Virus record (IMG/VR): IMGVR_UViG_3300021959_007005
Source of the DNA: a virus
Taxonomy: Duplodnaviria > Caudoviricetes
DNA: 64,000 nt
Reading direction: 5' to 3' (one strand)
How positions within the stretch are numbered: the first letter of the stretch is position 1; each line of letters begins with the position of its first letter. Below are positions 30,769 to 39,602 of the stretch, piece after piece. The notes under the pieces were generated by a model that did not search any database, had not been told where the DNA came from, and saw only the letters and a program-made list of their open reading frames with translations. The translations under genes and the position numbers were made by a program.

Positions 30769-31704
30769 TTAGATTTTAACTGATGTTTGGATAATATCAC
30801 CAGTTACTAGTTCTGCAATTATAGTTAGTCTAGGACCATCTAAAGTATAGTCATAATAGTGTTGTTTGATATCACCGTTTATTTTAACTAGTAATTTTTC
30901 TACAGGTTCAATACTTGGAGTCACTGATAATGTAATAGTTGGTACACCATCTAAATACTCTATATTGTTTTGAGCTATTGTAACGTTATATGTAAACTGT
31001 TGCTCCCTAAGTGTATCTTGATATCGATTGACAATTGCACGTTTTATGCCTTCTGGTGTGAATGGTAGAAATTTTGCTGTTTCTGCATAGTATGCAAATC
31101 TAGCAGCTCTAAGTTGTTCTTCACTTAGTATTCCTTGTTCATTGGCTGTACGCATATTAAAAATACCAGTTGCTCGCATCCAACTTCTATCTTTATTAAA
31201 TCCATAATCAGCCAATCTTACAATAGTAGCAGCAATCCGTGATTTTTTTCTGTTAGTTGTACTTCTCATCATCATACTTGCCAAACCAGACCAATCTTTA
31301 CTTAAAATTATATTTCTAGTATTGTATGTTCCTTCAACTGCATTAATTGTAAGAAAATTCATTGTTATCCAGTAGTATATAAAAATACCGTCATATACAG
31401 ATTGTGGAATTCGTTCAACACCAATAGATATAAGTTGTTTTTTAAAATTATTTTCAGCACGATTAAAGTAGCCTAACCAACTGCTAAATGCTTCTTGTTC
31501 AGTTACTCCACGAACAAATCTACTTTCTCCATAACCAATAAAATTATAAGGATTATAACGACCAAAATTCAATGCAGTTAATTCAGCATCTGCGCTAACT
31601 GCTATGTTTTCTATTGCAATTTCTGTTTCATAAAGTATACTATCTTTTACAGTAAAATCATCCCATACTGTAGTGTAAATTTCATCTATTGTATCTAGGC
31701 TCAT
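30769..31704 (-). CDS. Baseplate-associated lysozyme-like (GH24-like, probably degenerate) protein
   Basis: FIGYG...GVTEQEA...PQSVYDG resembles the GH24 TIGYG...GITxxEA...QxxFDA pattern; C-terminal VKINGxxxxxxxDYTLDG module; lies beside the gp5-like gene. Confidence 0.45.
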   Translation of the reverse strand: MSLDTIDEIYTTVWDDFTVKDSILYETEIAIENIAVSADAELTALNFGRYNPYNFIGYGESRFVRGVTEQEAFSSWLGYFNRAENNFKKQLISIGVERIPQSVYDGIFIYYWITMNFLTINAVEGTYNTRNIILSKDWSGLASMMMRSTTNRKKSRIAATIVRLADYGFNKDRSWMRATGIFNMRTANEQGILSEEQLRAARFAYYAETAKFLPFTPEGIKRAIVNRYQDTLREQQFTYNVTIAQNNIEYLDGVPTITLSVTPSIEPVEKLLVKINGDIKQHYYDYTLDGPRLTIIAELVTGDIIQTSVKI

Positions 31705-33380
31705 TGTTGTTGCCCTTTATATCCACGTCTGTATGTTTGTACTGGTCTAGCCATATTATCATAGCTGTCTTCTCTTCTTCCCATTAACGTGTTAACTTCT
31801 GGTTCTGGATTTATACCATTTTCAGCATTCCAATCTGACTCTGCTCGTCGCTGTTCTCTTAGTATAGCGTCATCATAAAACAAGTCATCATCTTGTTGTA
31901 ACCTATTTAATTCAGCATCACTCCAAGGGAGACCTGTTCTAGGATTAATTTCATTTTGATCAATATTGCTTTTTGTTTCAGAACCAATTCCTGATTGCGT
32001 AGCTTGTGACTTTGTTTTTGGTTTAGACTTTTTGCTTGGTCCTTTACGTGCAGATAGATTGCTTACATTATAATCTTTGTTATTAGTTTCTAAGCTAGAG
32101 TTTGCTTGACTTGCTACTGCACTACTAGTTTCTTCATGCCCATTCCAAGGCTCATGCTCAGGTACTCTTCCAGCAATACTTTCTTTTACAGATTGATTAC
32201 TAGTTAAATTGGCAGTAACCGGTTTACTTGCCAGCTTTGCTGTTGGTCCATTGAGGTCAATTAGTCTGCCAGTGACCCTTACGTTGCCACTTGCACAATT
32301 AATATGTCCATTCATGTCACTTGTCAATCTAATATCTTTAGCACTGTGTACATTAAATTTACCCAATGCGGTTTGCATATTGATACCACAAGTTCCTCTT
32401 GACTTAACATTAATACAATCTGCATCTAAATTAAAGTCCCCACCAACGTATAAGTTAAAGTCATTAGCGGCATGCATGCTAATGTCCATTTCACTATAGA
32501 CATCAATTTTTCCAGTTTTGTCCATTTGTACCCAACTGGTTCCGTCTTGATTAATAATATAAACACACCCATCAGTGTCATTTAATAGTAACTGAGCGCC
32601 GCCTGCACTACGAAGTCTTACTAATTTGCTGTCACCAGATTTTCTGTCTTTATCAGGTACATGATTGTCACCATTACTGCTAGTTGTTCCATCATCAAGT
32701 GTTAACCCATGCCCGCCTGGTGTTAAAAATCCTGTAACATTTGACGGAGATTCTCTCCTTGCACCACTACTGCCGATTCCTCTTACTGCATCTAATCCAA
32801 GACCTTGTTTAGCAAGGTTATTTGCCATCGGATGCCGCGGACCTTTGGCTGCGTTTTGTTTTCCTGGTTCGTTTTGTATTACACTGGGCTCAAACGTAGG
32901 GCCAATTGCACCACCAGTTTCGCCTTCAACTTGTCTTGCTGGCAGTCCTGGTATTTGTGCATTACGTGCAGTGTCATTTAATACTCCAAGTAAATATCCT
33001 TCATTTTGAAATCCAGTAAAACATACTAATACTTCAGTACCAGGAGCAGGTGGAGGAGATGTCATACCATATATATTAGTATGATCATCACCCTGTAATA
33101 CTCCACCAAATGGACTTAACGGTCTAACTCTATGGGTACGTTGTCTACCTTCAGCTGTACTAATATCAACAAGTGACTGACCGTCTATTAATGATACATA
33201 TATGTATCCTGAATATGTATCATCATTAATATCTCTAACTTTTCCAATATATACGCCCTGTAGGGTCGCAATGCCATGACGATGATCTTTACTATAGATT
33301 GTTGGAACACCAGTACTTTCAATATTTTGTGATAAGTATGTTGCACTGTCGTTAACTCCACCGCCTCGTTTTTTTACCAT
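31701..33380 (-). CDS. Baseplate central spike, gp5/VgrG-like (OB fold plus beta-helix)
   Basis: YIGKVRDIND...PPAPGTEVLVCF...YLLG OB-fold; beta-repeat region with TPGGH..TLDD and LRSAGGAQLLLND. Confidence 0.75.
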   Translation of the reverse strand: MVKKRGGGVNDSATYLSQNIESTGVPTIYSKDHRHGIATLQGVYIGKVRDINDDTYSGYIYVSLIDGQSLVDISTAEGRQRTHRVRPLSPFGGVLQGDDHTNIYGMTSPPPAPGTEVLVCFTGFQNEGYLLGVLNDTARNAQIPGLPARQVEGETGGAIGPTFEPSVIQNEPGKQNAAKGPRHPMANNLAKQGLGLDAVRGIGSSGARRESPSNVTGFLTPGGHGLTLDDGTTSSNGDNHVPDKDRKSGDSKLVRLRSAGGAQLLLNDTDGCVYIINQDGTSWVQMDKTGKIDVYSEMDISMHAANDFNLYVGGDFNLDADCINVKSRGTCGINMQTALGKFNVHSAKDIRLTSDMNGHINCASGNVRVTGRLIDLNGPTAKLASKPVTANLTSNQSVKESIAGRVPEHEPWNGHEETSSAVASQANSSLETNNKDYNVSNLSARKGPSKKSKPKTKSQATQSGIGSETKSNIDQNEINPRTGLPWSDAELNRLQQDDDLFYDDAILREQRRAESDWNAENGINPEPEVNTLMGRREDSYDNMARPVQTYRRGYKGQQQ

Positions 33381-33392
33381 TGATCTTTGTCC

Positions 33393-36050
33393 TTATCCTA
33401 TTACTGCGGTTCTCAACCAAGCTGGTGCATTTCTTGCTCTAAAGGTACCATCATCCAGTTGTCCTCCCCAGTAGCCCAAATTAGGGTTAACTGCGTCAAC
33501 GTGAATATGTTGATTGCCCATATATCCATTACCTGCACCAAATCCAGTTAACCCAGCAGCTTTGCCATTTTTAATAAATGAACGTATTAGTGGCAAGTCG
33601 TTAGGATCATTAAATGATAATTGTCTATTACCATCAAATAATGCAATATCAGCCGCATTGCCATTATCATGTCTGTGTGATCCCGTTCGATTAGGACCAC
33701 TTGAGTCCTGTCCACCGCTATATACTTTTACATCTAATCCGCTTGCTTGTGCCGCCTGTTGTATCTGACTTTTTAGTTTGGCAGTTAATGGTTGATTTCT
33801 AACTTTTCCTGCTTCAGTTTGATAACTTGTATCATCAATTTGACCAGTTCCTGATCCTACTGCTAATGGTCCTGAACTATTAGGCCCAGTATTAGTATCA
33901 TTTGGTAAGTCATTAATTTGATCACCATCACCTTGCCCGTCTTCTTTTCTAGCTTCCTGTTGACTAACACTTCCCGGAGCATTGGTAAATCCTCTTTCCA
34001 AGTCTTCCCAAAGTGTACCAACATTTGCATTCATATCTCGGAATGAGCTCAACTGCATAGTAAATGATCCAGCATCGTATGAAGCCCTGACAGAATACAC
34101 TCTATATATTCCCATGATACTAAAGTCATTATCCATTTGTAATGGCAACCCAGTGTTATCATCAGGGTACGTTGGAAATTTTACATTTAAAAAATAGTTT
34201 AATCCACCATGTTCGTAATCAGCACCGATATTGTTATTGTTAGCTCGCTTTTGTTTACCAAGCCAATACGGGTCACCTCTCACAGTTATATTTTGCTCTA
34301 TTAAGTCACTAAGTGCATTTAGACCAACCTCAACTGCACCTAACATGAGAGATCCTGAAGATTGATTACCTTGGTCAGGTCCTGAAGTTGATTGCGAAGA
34401 AATATTATTACTCTGAAAAGTTAATGGTACTTCATGAACAATTTTAGGGTTGTTTAATAATTCATTTTGTGTAATATACCGTGTACCAGATATCCTATTA
34501 GGAGTTCTACCATTAATTGGTTGACTATCAATTTTCCGTTGTAGATCAGTCATTTGCTCATCAATTAAATTAGCACGGGCTTCTAACTGTCTAATTTCAG
34601 ATTCAAGGTTAGATATTTCTGTTGATCGTTGTTGATTTGCTATTGCATCATCAGCACTATTAATCTGACCTTCATTTTCTTTTTGTAATTTAGTAATTGC
34701 TGATTTCTTTTTACTTATTTTAGCCTGTAGTGATCTCAATTCTCCACGAAATATATTAAGCTCATTCTCAGGACCAGATTCTCCAGCAACTGTGCGCCCA
34801 CTTATTTCCCCATTATTAAGGGCTTGTATTTGATAATACATATTATTCATTGTAATATCTAAGTCAATGACTTCAGTATTAAGTCCAGTGAATGTAAAAT
34901 CAAATCGTTTCCTTAATAAGTCATTATCAAATATGTTCTGTAGTCGTTGACGTTGCATTGACGGATTGGCCATTAATGTATAATAACTAACTGGATCATG
35001 TACAATTTCAGGTGTTACAAATTGTCCAATGGTATACGTAATTTTCTTTTGATAATGTTTTGATAGCTTATCATATTGCAAATATTCAACTGATGTATCT
35101 AATTTAAACCAAGTTAATAATTGCTGTAATAGTTCTGCTTTGGCTTCAGCGGCAGTAGGTTTGTCTTTTGCAAATTGCTGCGATCCAGAATTAGTATGTA
35201 CTGGTAACTTTTGAAATTCCTCTGTTTGGAATAGTGCTGTACTCATTAATGCTACAATACTTGTACCAGGGTTAAATTCAAATATTAAATTTCCACTACC
35301 AGTAATTGATATTGCTGCATTTTTGTCAGCTTCAATTGCAGCTGAAAATTTCCAATCGTTCCATCTAGATGCCTCTGCATCTAACTCAATTGTGTATTGG
35401 TGGGAAAATAGCTGATGTTCATTTAATTTTGTTCGCTCTATTTCTTGATCATTTATTTCTTTTTGCAGTGCTTTAAGGAACCCACCATAGGTGTTGGCGT
35501 TTATACTTCCTTCAAAAGGTAAATTTAACTGTAAACGTGAGTATGCTTCTTGTTGTGTTTCTATTAGATTCGCAGTATATGTACTTGCACCTTGTCTATA
35601 TGAAAAATCTAAGCTAGCCATTGTTGTCATATAGTAAAAAGGACCTGGTGGTGTATCTGTACTACTGCCATCTGGCAAAAACCCATTAAATTTTAGTTCT
35701 AATAGGTAACATGCTTGTAAATGATTTTCTATCCCTAAACGAGCGGCACCCAATTTTATTCTATTAAACATTGTTGTGCCTAATGGTTCTACTAATTGTA
35801 TAGTAAACATATTGCCAACAGCATTTCTATTTTGTTTAGCAAACGCTAATGTCATTTCTTGTTGTACACTTTGTATGTTAATTTCAGACTCAACACCACT
35901 ATGTGCAAGTGTAACAACCCGCCCTTTATCAATTAAGTCCTCAAACTCAGTTGACTCTCGTGGATGTACCATCATTAACTGCCACTGATAGGTGTAGCTT
36001 TCATATCGGTTAAGGACATTTTCTAAATATTGGCTATGATTTCCACCCAT
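33393..36050 (-). CDS. Baseplate hub protein with a C-terminal M15-type (LAS) zinc peptidase domain
   Basis: Hub-like motif IxVRGDPYWL...GIYRVYSV; central coiled coil; C-terminal H-x6-D (RHDNGNAAD) and HxH (HIHVD). Confidence 0.7.
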   Translation of the reverse strand: MGGNHSQYLENVLNRYESYTYQWQLMMVHPRESTEFEDLIDKGRVVTLAHSGVESEINIQSVQQEMTLAFAKQNRNAVGNMFTIQLVEPLGTTMFNRIKLGAARLGIENHLQACYLLELKFNGFLPDGSSTDTPPGPFYYMTTMASLDFSYRQGASTYTANLIETQQEAYSRLQLNLPFEGSINANTYGGFLKALQKEINDQEIERTKLNEHQLFSHQYTIELDAEASRWNDWKFSAAIEADKNAAISITGSGNLIFEFNPGTSIVALMSTALFQTEEFQKLPVHTNSGSQQFAKDKPTAAEAKAELLQQLLTWFKLDTSVEYLQYDKLSKHYQKKITYTIGQFVTPEIVHDPVSYYTLMANPSMQRQRLQNIFDNDLLRKRFDFTFTGLNTEVIDLDITMNNMYYQIQALNNGEISGRTVAGESGPENELNIFRGELRSLQAKISKKKSAITKLQKENEGQINSADDAIANQQRSTEISNLESEIRQLEARANLIDEQMTDLQRKIDSQPINGRTPNRISGTRYITQNELLNNPKIVHEVPLTFQSNNISSQSTSGPDQGNQSSGSLMLGAVEVGLNALSDLIEQNITVRGDPYWLGKQKRANNNNIGADYEHGGLNYFLNVKFPTYPDDNTGLPLQMDNDFSIMGIYRVYSVRASYDAGSFTMQLSSFRDMNANVGTLWEDLERGFTNAPGSVSQQEARKEDGQGDGDQINDLPNDTNTGPNSSGPLAVGSGTGQIDDTSYQTEAGKVRNQPLTAKLKSQIQQAAQASGLDVKVYSGGQDSSGPNRTGSHRHDNGNAADIALFDGNRQLSFNDPNDLPLIRSFIKNGKAAGLTGFGAGNGYMGNQHIHVDAVNPNLGYWGGQLDDGTFRARNAPAWLRTAVIG

Positions 36051-36355
36051 TAACTACCTCCAGGTCTGTACTTAATAGGTATAACAATCTTTGTGCCTGC
36101 AATAAAATCATGCAAGGGGTCTTTTAATACTTTTCTATTATAGTGAGCAAATAACCACCAAACTCTACTATTTCCATACATATCATGTGCCATTAAATCA
36201 GGGCGTTTATGATATTTACTGTTAATAATAACTTCTCGAGTATCATCACTTAATGTGTCCAATGTAATGTTTGGATCATATAATTCCAAATACTTACTAT
36301 TCATTTTAGTTTGAGAATAGTTACTACTATCTTTATATTTTGTTCCTATTGACAT
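36050..36355 (-). CDS. gp53: Baseplate wedge protein, gp53-like (LysM-type)
   Basis: RPDLMAHDMYGNSRVWW motif. Confidence 0.75.
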   Translation of the reverse strand: MSIGTKYKDSSNYSQTKMNSKYLELYDPNITLDTLSDDTREVIINSKYHKRPDLMAHDMYGNSRVWWLFAHYNRKVLKDPLHDFIAGTKIVIPIKYRPGGS

Positions 36356-36963
36356 TAAACAAACCCATCTGTATAACTGTTACCATTAACAAAACTTCTA
36401 GTATTAAACACCATTTTTTGTCTGTCTGGGCTTTGCTGTACCATTAGATCCAATGCAATAGTTTGCATTACTGGTATTTGTTGACCATTGACATATTTTA
36501 GATCAACTCCACTATCAAATGTTGTTGAAAAGTTTGTTATAACAACTGGTACTCTTTCAAATAGTTGCGTACCAAAACTACTAAAGGAAAGAACAGGTGG
36601 TGGTGTACCAGCCATTGGCACACTCCCGTCATCATTATCTAATCCACTCCACATTTTGGTTACACTTCTTAAAAAATGTAAAACACCTAGCGTATATAGT
36701 CCTTCTTCCTCTGTTACACTTGCAAAACTTGCAGTTAACTGAATACTAGGACTTGGTGTATTAGCATATGCATTAACACTGTAATTAGTATGTACTAAGT
36801 CATAATTATTATAGTTTACTTGTTGACTATAACTTATATCTGGCTGATAAGGAAACATTATACCGCCATGTGTGCGTAACACCGCAGCAGGACCTCGAGT
36901 ATATAATGGTGTAGCACCTGGTTTACATCTAAGTATGGTTCTATTACTTGCTGCTACTGTCAT
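36355..36963 (-). CDS. Baseplate tail-tube initiator, gp48/gp54-like
   Basis: IMFPYQPDISYS...LHFLRSVTKM...GTPPPVLSFSSFG...VPVVITNFS pattern; lies next to gp53. Confidence 0.65.
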   Translation of the reverse strand: MTVAASNRTILRCKPGATPLYTRGPAAVLRTHGGIMFPYQPDISYSQQVNYNNYDLVHTNYSVNAYANTPSPSIQLTASFASVTEEEGLYTLGVLHFLRSVTKMWSGLDNDDGSVPMAGTPPPVLSFSSFGTQLFERVPVVITNFSTTFDSGVDLKYVNGQQIPVMQTIALDLMVQQSPDRQKMVFNTRSFVNGNSYTDGFV

Positions 36964-37541
36964 TTAATCTTACTCTTTACAAAATTATAGATGTCATCAT
37001 CAAATGCTCCAAAGAATTCCATAAACTTTGATTGTTTTTGTTTTTCATTAATTGCATCATTCCTTATTGCATCACGAAACACACCAGCACTCATATCATC
37101 ATTAGTTGCTGGTACTTCCAAAATATATGCACCCTGTGTAGACGGAACCAATGAATTACTAGATGTATATTTTTTAAGGAACCCACCAGGTTGTAATCTA
37201 CTCTTGTCTTTATCACTAAAAACTAATACAGTTGCAGTAGTTGCAGGATCTTTGCCTACTAAGCTAACATCAGGTCTATATGGCTGTGTTTGCACAATAT
37301 TTCTTTCTGGAATATCAAACATTCCAGTCATTATCATTTGTTTTTCATCAAAACTAAATGGATTATCTTCAGGTACTGCGTTTTTTGCTAGCATAGTTGC
37401 AATAAATACGTTATTGCTGCCAAACTGTTCAACAAGATTCATGTAAACCTTATGATGAGCTTTATGCATAGGTTGAAATCTACCGCCATAAAAAACGGCG
37501 ATGTCTGATGCTATTGCTTCTGTTAATTGCGAATATCGCAT
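36960..37541 (-). CDS. Cytidylyltransferase-like nucleotidyltransferase (HIGH superfamily)
   Basis: GGRFQPMHKAH (HxxH), NPFSFDEK and C-terminal MSAGVFR motifs. Confidence 0.8.
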   Translation of the reverse strand: MRYSQLTEAIASDIAVFYGGRFQPMHKAHHKVYMNLVEQFGSNNVFIATMLAKNAVPEDNPFSFDEKQMIMTGMFDIPERNIVQTQPYRPDVSLVGKDPATTATVLVFSDKDKSRLQPGGFLKKYTSSNSLVPSTQGAYILEVPATNDDMSAGVFRDAIRNDAINEKQKQSKFMEFFGAFDDDIYNFVKSKIK

Positions 37542-37560
37542 AAGAGTCTCCTGTTAATAG

Positions 37561-37568
37561 TATTTATG
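37561..37568 (-). promoter_or_regulatory. Late-type promoter CATAAATA heading the baseplate module
   Basis: TAAATA box in the divergent intergenic region. Confidence 0.6.
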
Positions 37569-37597
37569 GTAGAAAAAACTGGGTAGTTAACAATTGA

Positions 37598-37625
37598 TTG
37601 ACATCATGTCAGACTATTGTATACT
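37598..37625 (+). promoter_or_regulatory. Sigma70-type promoter TTGACA-16-TATACT upstream of gp55
   Basis: -35 at 37598-37603, -10 at 37620-37625. Confidence 0.6.
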
Positions 37626-37655
37626 TTAAGTTAACAAGGGAGTCAAGTGCATATT

Positions 37656-38534
37656 ATGAAAAAACAAAACTATTTAAACAACAAAGACATGCTTAAAGAA
37701 ATACATAAAAGTAAAATTAGCTACTGTTATTCATTAGATGAAGAGTATACCCGTTTTGATGCAATAGTAGATGATTTAAAAGATATAAAAGATCCAGCAG
37801 TTATACAAGCTGCTAAGGAAAGTAGAGCAAGCCAGTTAAGTCAGATTGCATATGAAGAAGCTTATGATTATTGGTTTAGAACTGGTGGTAAACAAGCACA
37901 CAAACCCAAACAAATTAATTATAAAATAGACCCAAATACTATTGACGAAAGTACATTGATTTATCGTCTGATGACTTTTAATCATATTCCAGAAGAGCCA
38001 GGTAGAAAATCTAAGCCAAAAACAATTGGTGATAAACATGCTAAATGTAATTTTCCTCCTTTCCAACATTATGCATATGTAAATGGAAAGCTAGATGAGG
38101 TTGTACGAAGTCATTGGATAGGTGGCAAGGATAATGGCCATTTCAGTGTTGATCACGGAAAGGTTACAAATAATTTAGCAAAAATGTATATTAAACTTTG
38201 TGAACGTTACAGTATGCGTAGTAACTGGCGTGGCTACACATATGTAGACGAAATGCGTAGCTTGGCACTTTTGCAGTTATCACAAATTGGGTTACAGTTT
38301 AACGAACATAAAAGCCAAAATCCATTTGCGTACTATACAGTTGCGGTTACTAATAGCTTCACTAGAGTACTAAATTTAGAAAAACGTAATCAAAATATTA
38401 GGGATGATTTGCTTCAACAAGCAGGACAATCTCCTAGCTTTAGCAGACAACTTGATCATGAAATGGCAGAACGTGCTAAATGGGATGCAGAAGCTGACCA
38501 AGCACGAAAGGATGCAGGCTTTAATATAGGTTGA
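37656..38534 (+). CDS. gp55: Late-transcription sigma factor, T4 gp55-like
   Basis: YLNNKDML start; NWRGYTYVDEM...QFNEHKSQNPFAYYT motif; precedes gp47/gp46 as in T4. Start taken at MKKQNYL. Confidence 0.8.
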   Translation: MKKQNYLNNKDMLKEIHKSKISYCYSLDEEYTRFDAIVDDLKDIKDPAVIQAAKESRASQLSQIAYEEAYDYWFRTGGKQAHKPKQINYKIDPNTIDESTLIYRLMTFNHIPEEPGRKSKPKTIGDKHAKCNFPPFQHYAYVNGKLDEVVRSHWIGGKDNGHFSVDHGKVTNNLAKMYIKLCERYSMRSNWRGYTYVDEMRSLALLQLSQIGLQFNEHKSQNPFAYYTVAVTNSFTRVLNLEKRNQNIRDDLLQQAGQSPSFSRQLDHEMAERAKWDAEADQARKDAGFNIG

Positions 38535-38559
38535 CATTCATTGCATTTCATAGTAACTT
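38531..38559 (+). promoter_or_regulatory. Sigma70-type promoter TTGACA-17-TAACTT upstream of gp47
   Basis: -35 at 38531-38536; shares the TTGACAT(T)CAT context with the promoters at 37598 and 43146. Confidence 0.45.
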
Positions 38560-38591
38560 TAACGTAACTGTAAGCAACGGTCTGGAGACCC

Positions 38592-39602
38592 ATGGCATTT
38601 TTTAATAAAGCGGCGTGTTTTACTGATATTCATTTTGGAATGAAAAATAACAGTAAGCAACACAATAAAGACTGTGACGAGTTCATTGACTGGTTTATCC
38701 AACAAAGTGAAGATTGCGAAACTTGCATCTTTTTAGGAGATTTCCATCACCATCGTGCAGGGATTAATGTAAGTACACTTAATTATAGTGTTGAAAACGT
38801 AAAAAAACTCAGTAAAAACTTTGATAAGGTTTATATGATTACTGGTAATCATGATCTCTATTATAGAGAAAAACGTGATCTAAGCAGTTTACCATATGCA
38901 GAACTGTTTGACAATGTACATCTGATAAATGAAAAAACACTAGTTCAAGATGGTGTTGCATTTGTTCCATGGCTAGTTGAAGATGAATGGAAACAAGTAC
39001 GTAACGTTAAATGCAGATATATGTTTGGTCATTTTGAACTTCCTTTCTTTAAAATGAATGCAATGGTAGAAATGCCAGACCATGGTGGACTTAAAGCTAG
39101 CGAATTGTCAGGACCTGAATACGTATTCAGTGGACACTTTCATAAACGTCAAAGCAAAGGAAATGTACATTATCTAGGTAGTCCATTCCCACAAAATTAT
39201 GCGGACACATGGGATGATGAAAGAGGAATGATGAAATTACAATGGGATGGCGAACCAGTGTATACAAATTATCCTGGTCCTCGATACCGTACTGTACCAC
39301 TTAGCAAACTTATTGACGATGCAGATACAATTTTAAATAACAAAACATATTGTAGAGCTACATTAGACGTAAACATCAGTTACGAAGAAGCTACATTTAT
39401 TAAAGAAACGTTTAGCGAGCAATACAAAGTAAGAGAAATTTCACTTATACCTAGTAAAAAAGAGGAACATGCACAAGACTGGAAAACAGTTGACGATATT
39501 GAGGTTGAAAATGTTGACCAGATAGTGTATAATAGCTTAACTGCGGTAGACAGTGAAATGATAGATAAAAAACTTTTAGTGGACATATATAATAACCTAT
39601 GA
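38592..39602 (+). CDS. gp47: Recombination endonuclease subunit gp47 (SbcD/Mre11-like)
   Basis: Metallophosphoesterase motifs DIHFG, GDFHH, GNHD, GHF and GHFH. Confidence 0.93.
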   Translation: MAFFNKAACFTDIHFGMKNNSKQHNKDCDEFIDWFIQQSEDCETCIFLGDFHHHRAGINVSTLNYSVENVKKLSKNFDKVYMITGNHDLYYREKRDLSSLPYAELFDNVHLINEKTLVQDGVAFVPWLVEDEWKQVRNVKCRYMFGHFELPFFKMNAMVEMPDHGGLKASELSGPEYVFSGHFHKRQSKGNVHYLGSPFPQNYADTWDDERGMMKLQWDGEPVYTNYPGPRYRTVPLSKLIDDADTILNNKTYCRATLDVNISYEEATFIKETFSEQYKVREISLIPSKKEEHAQDWKTVDDIEVENVDQIVYNSLTAVDSEMIDKKLLVDIYNNL

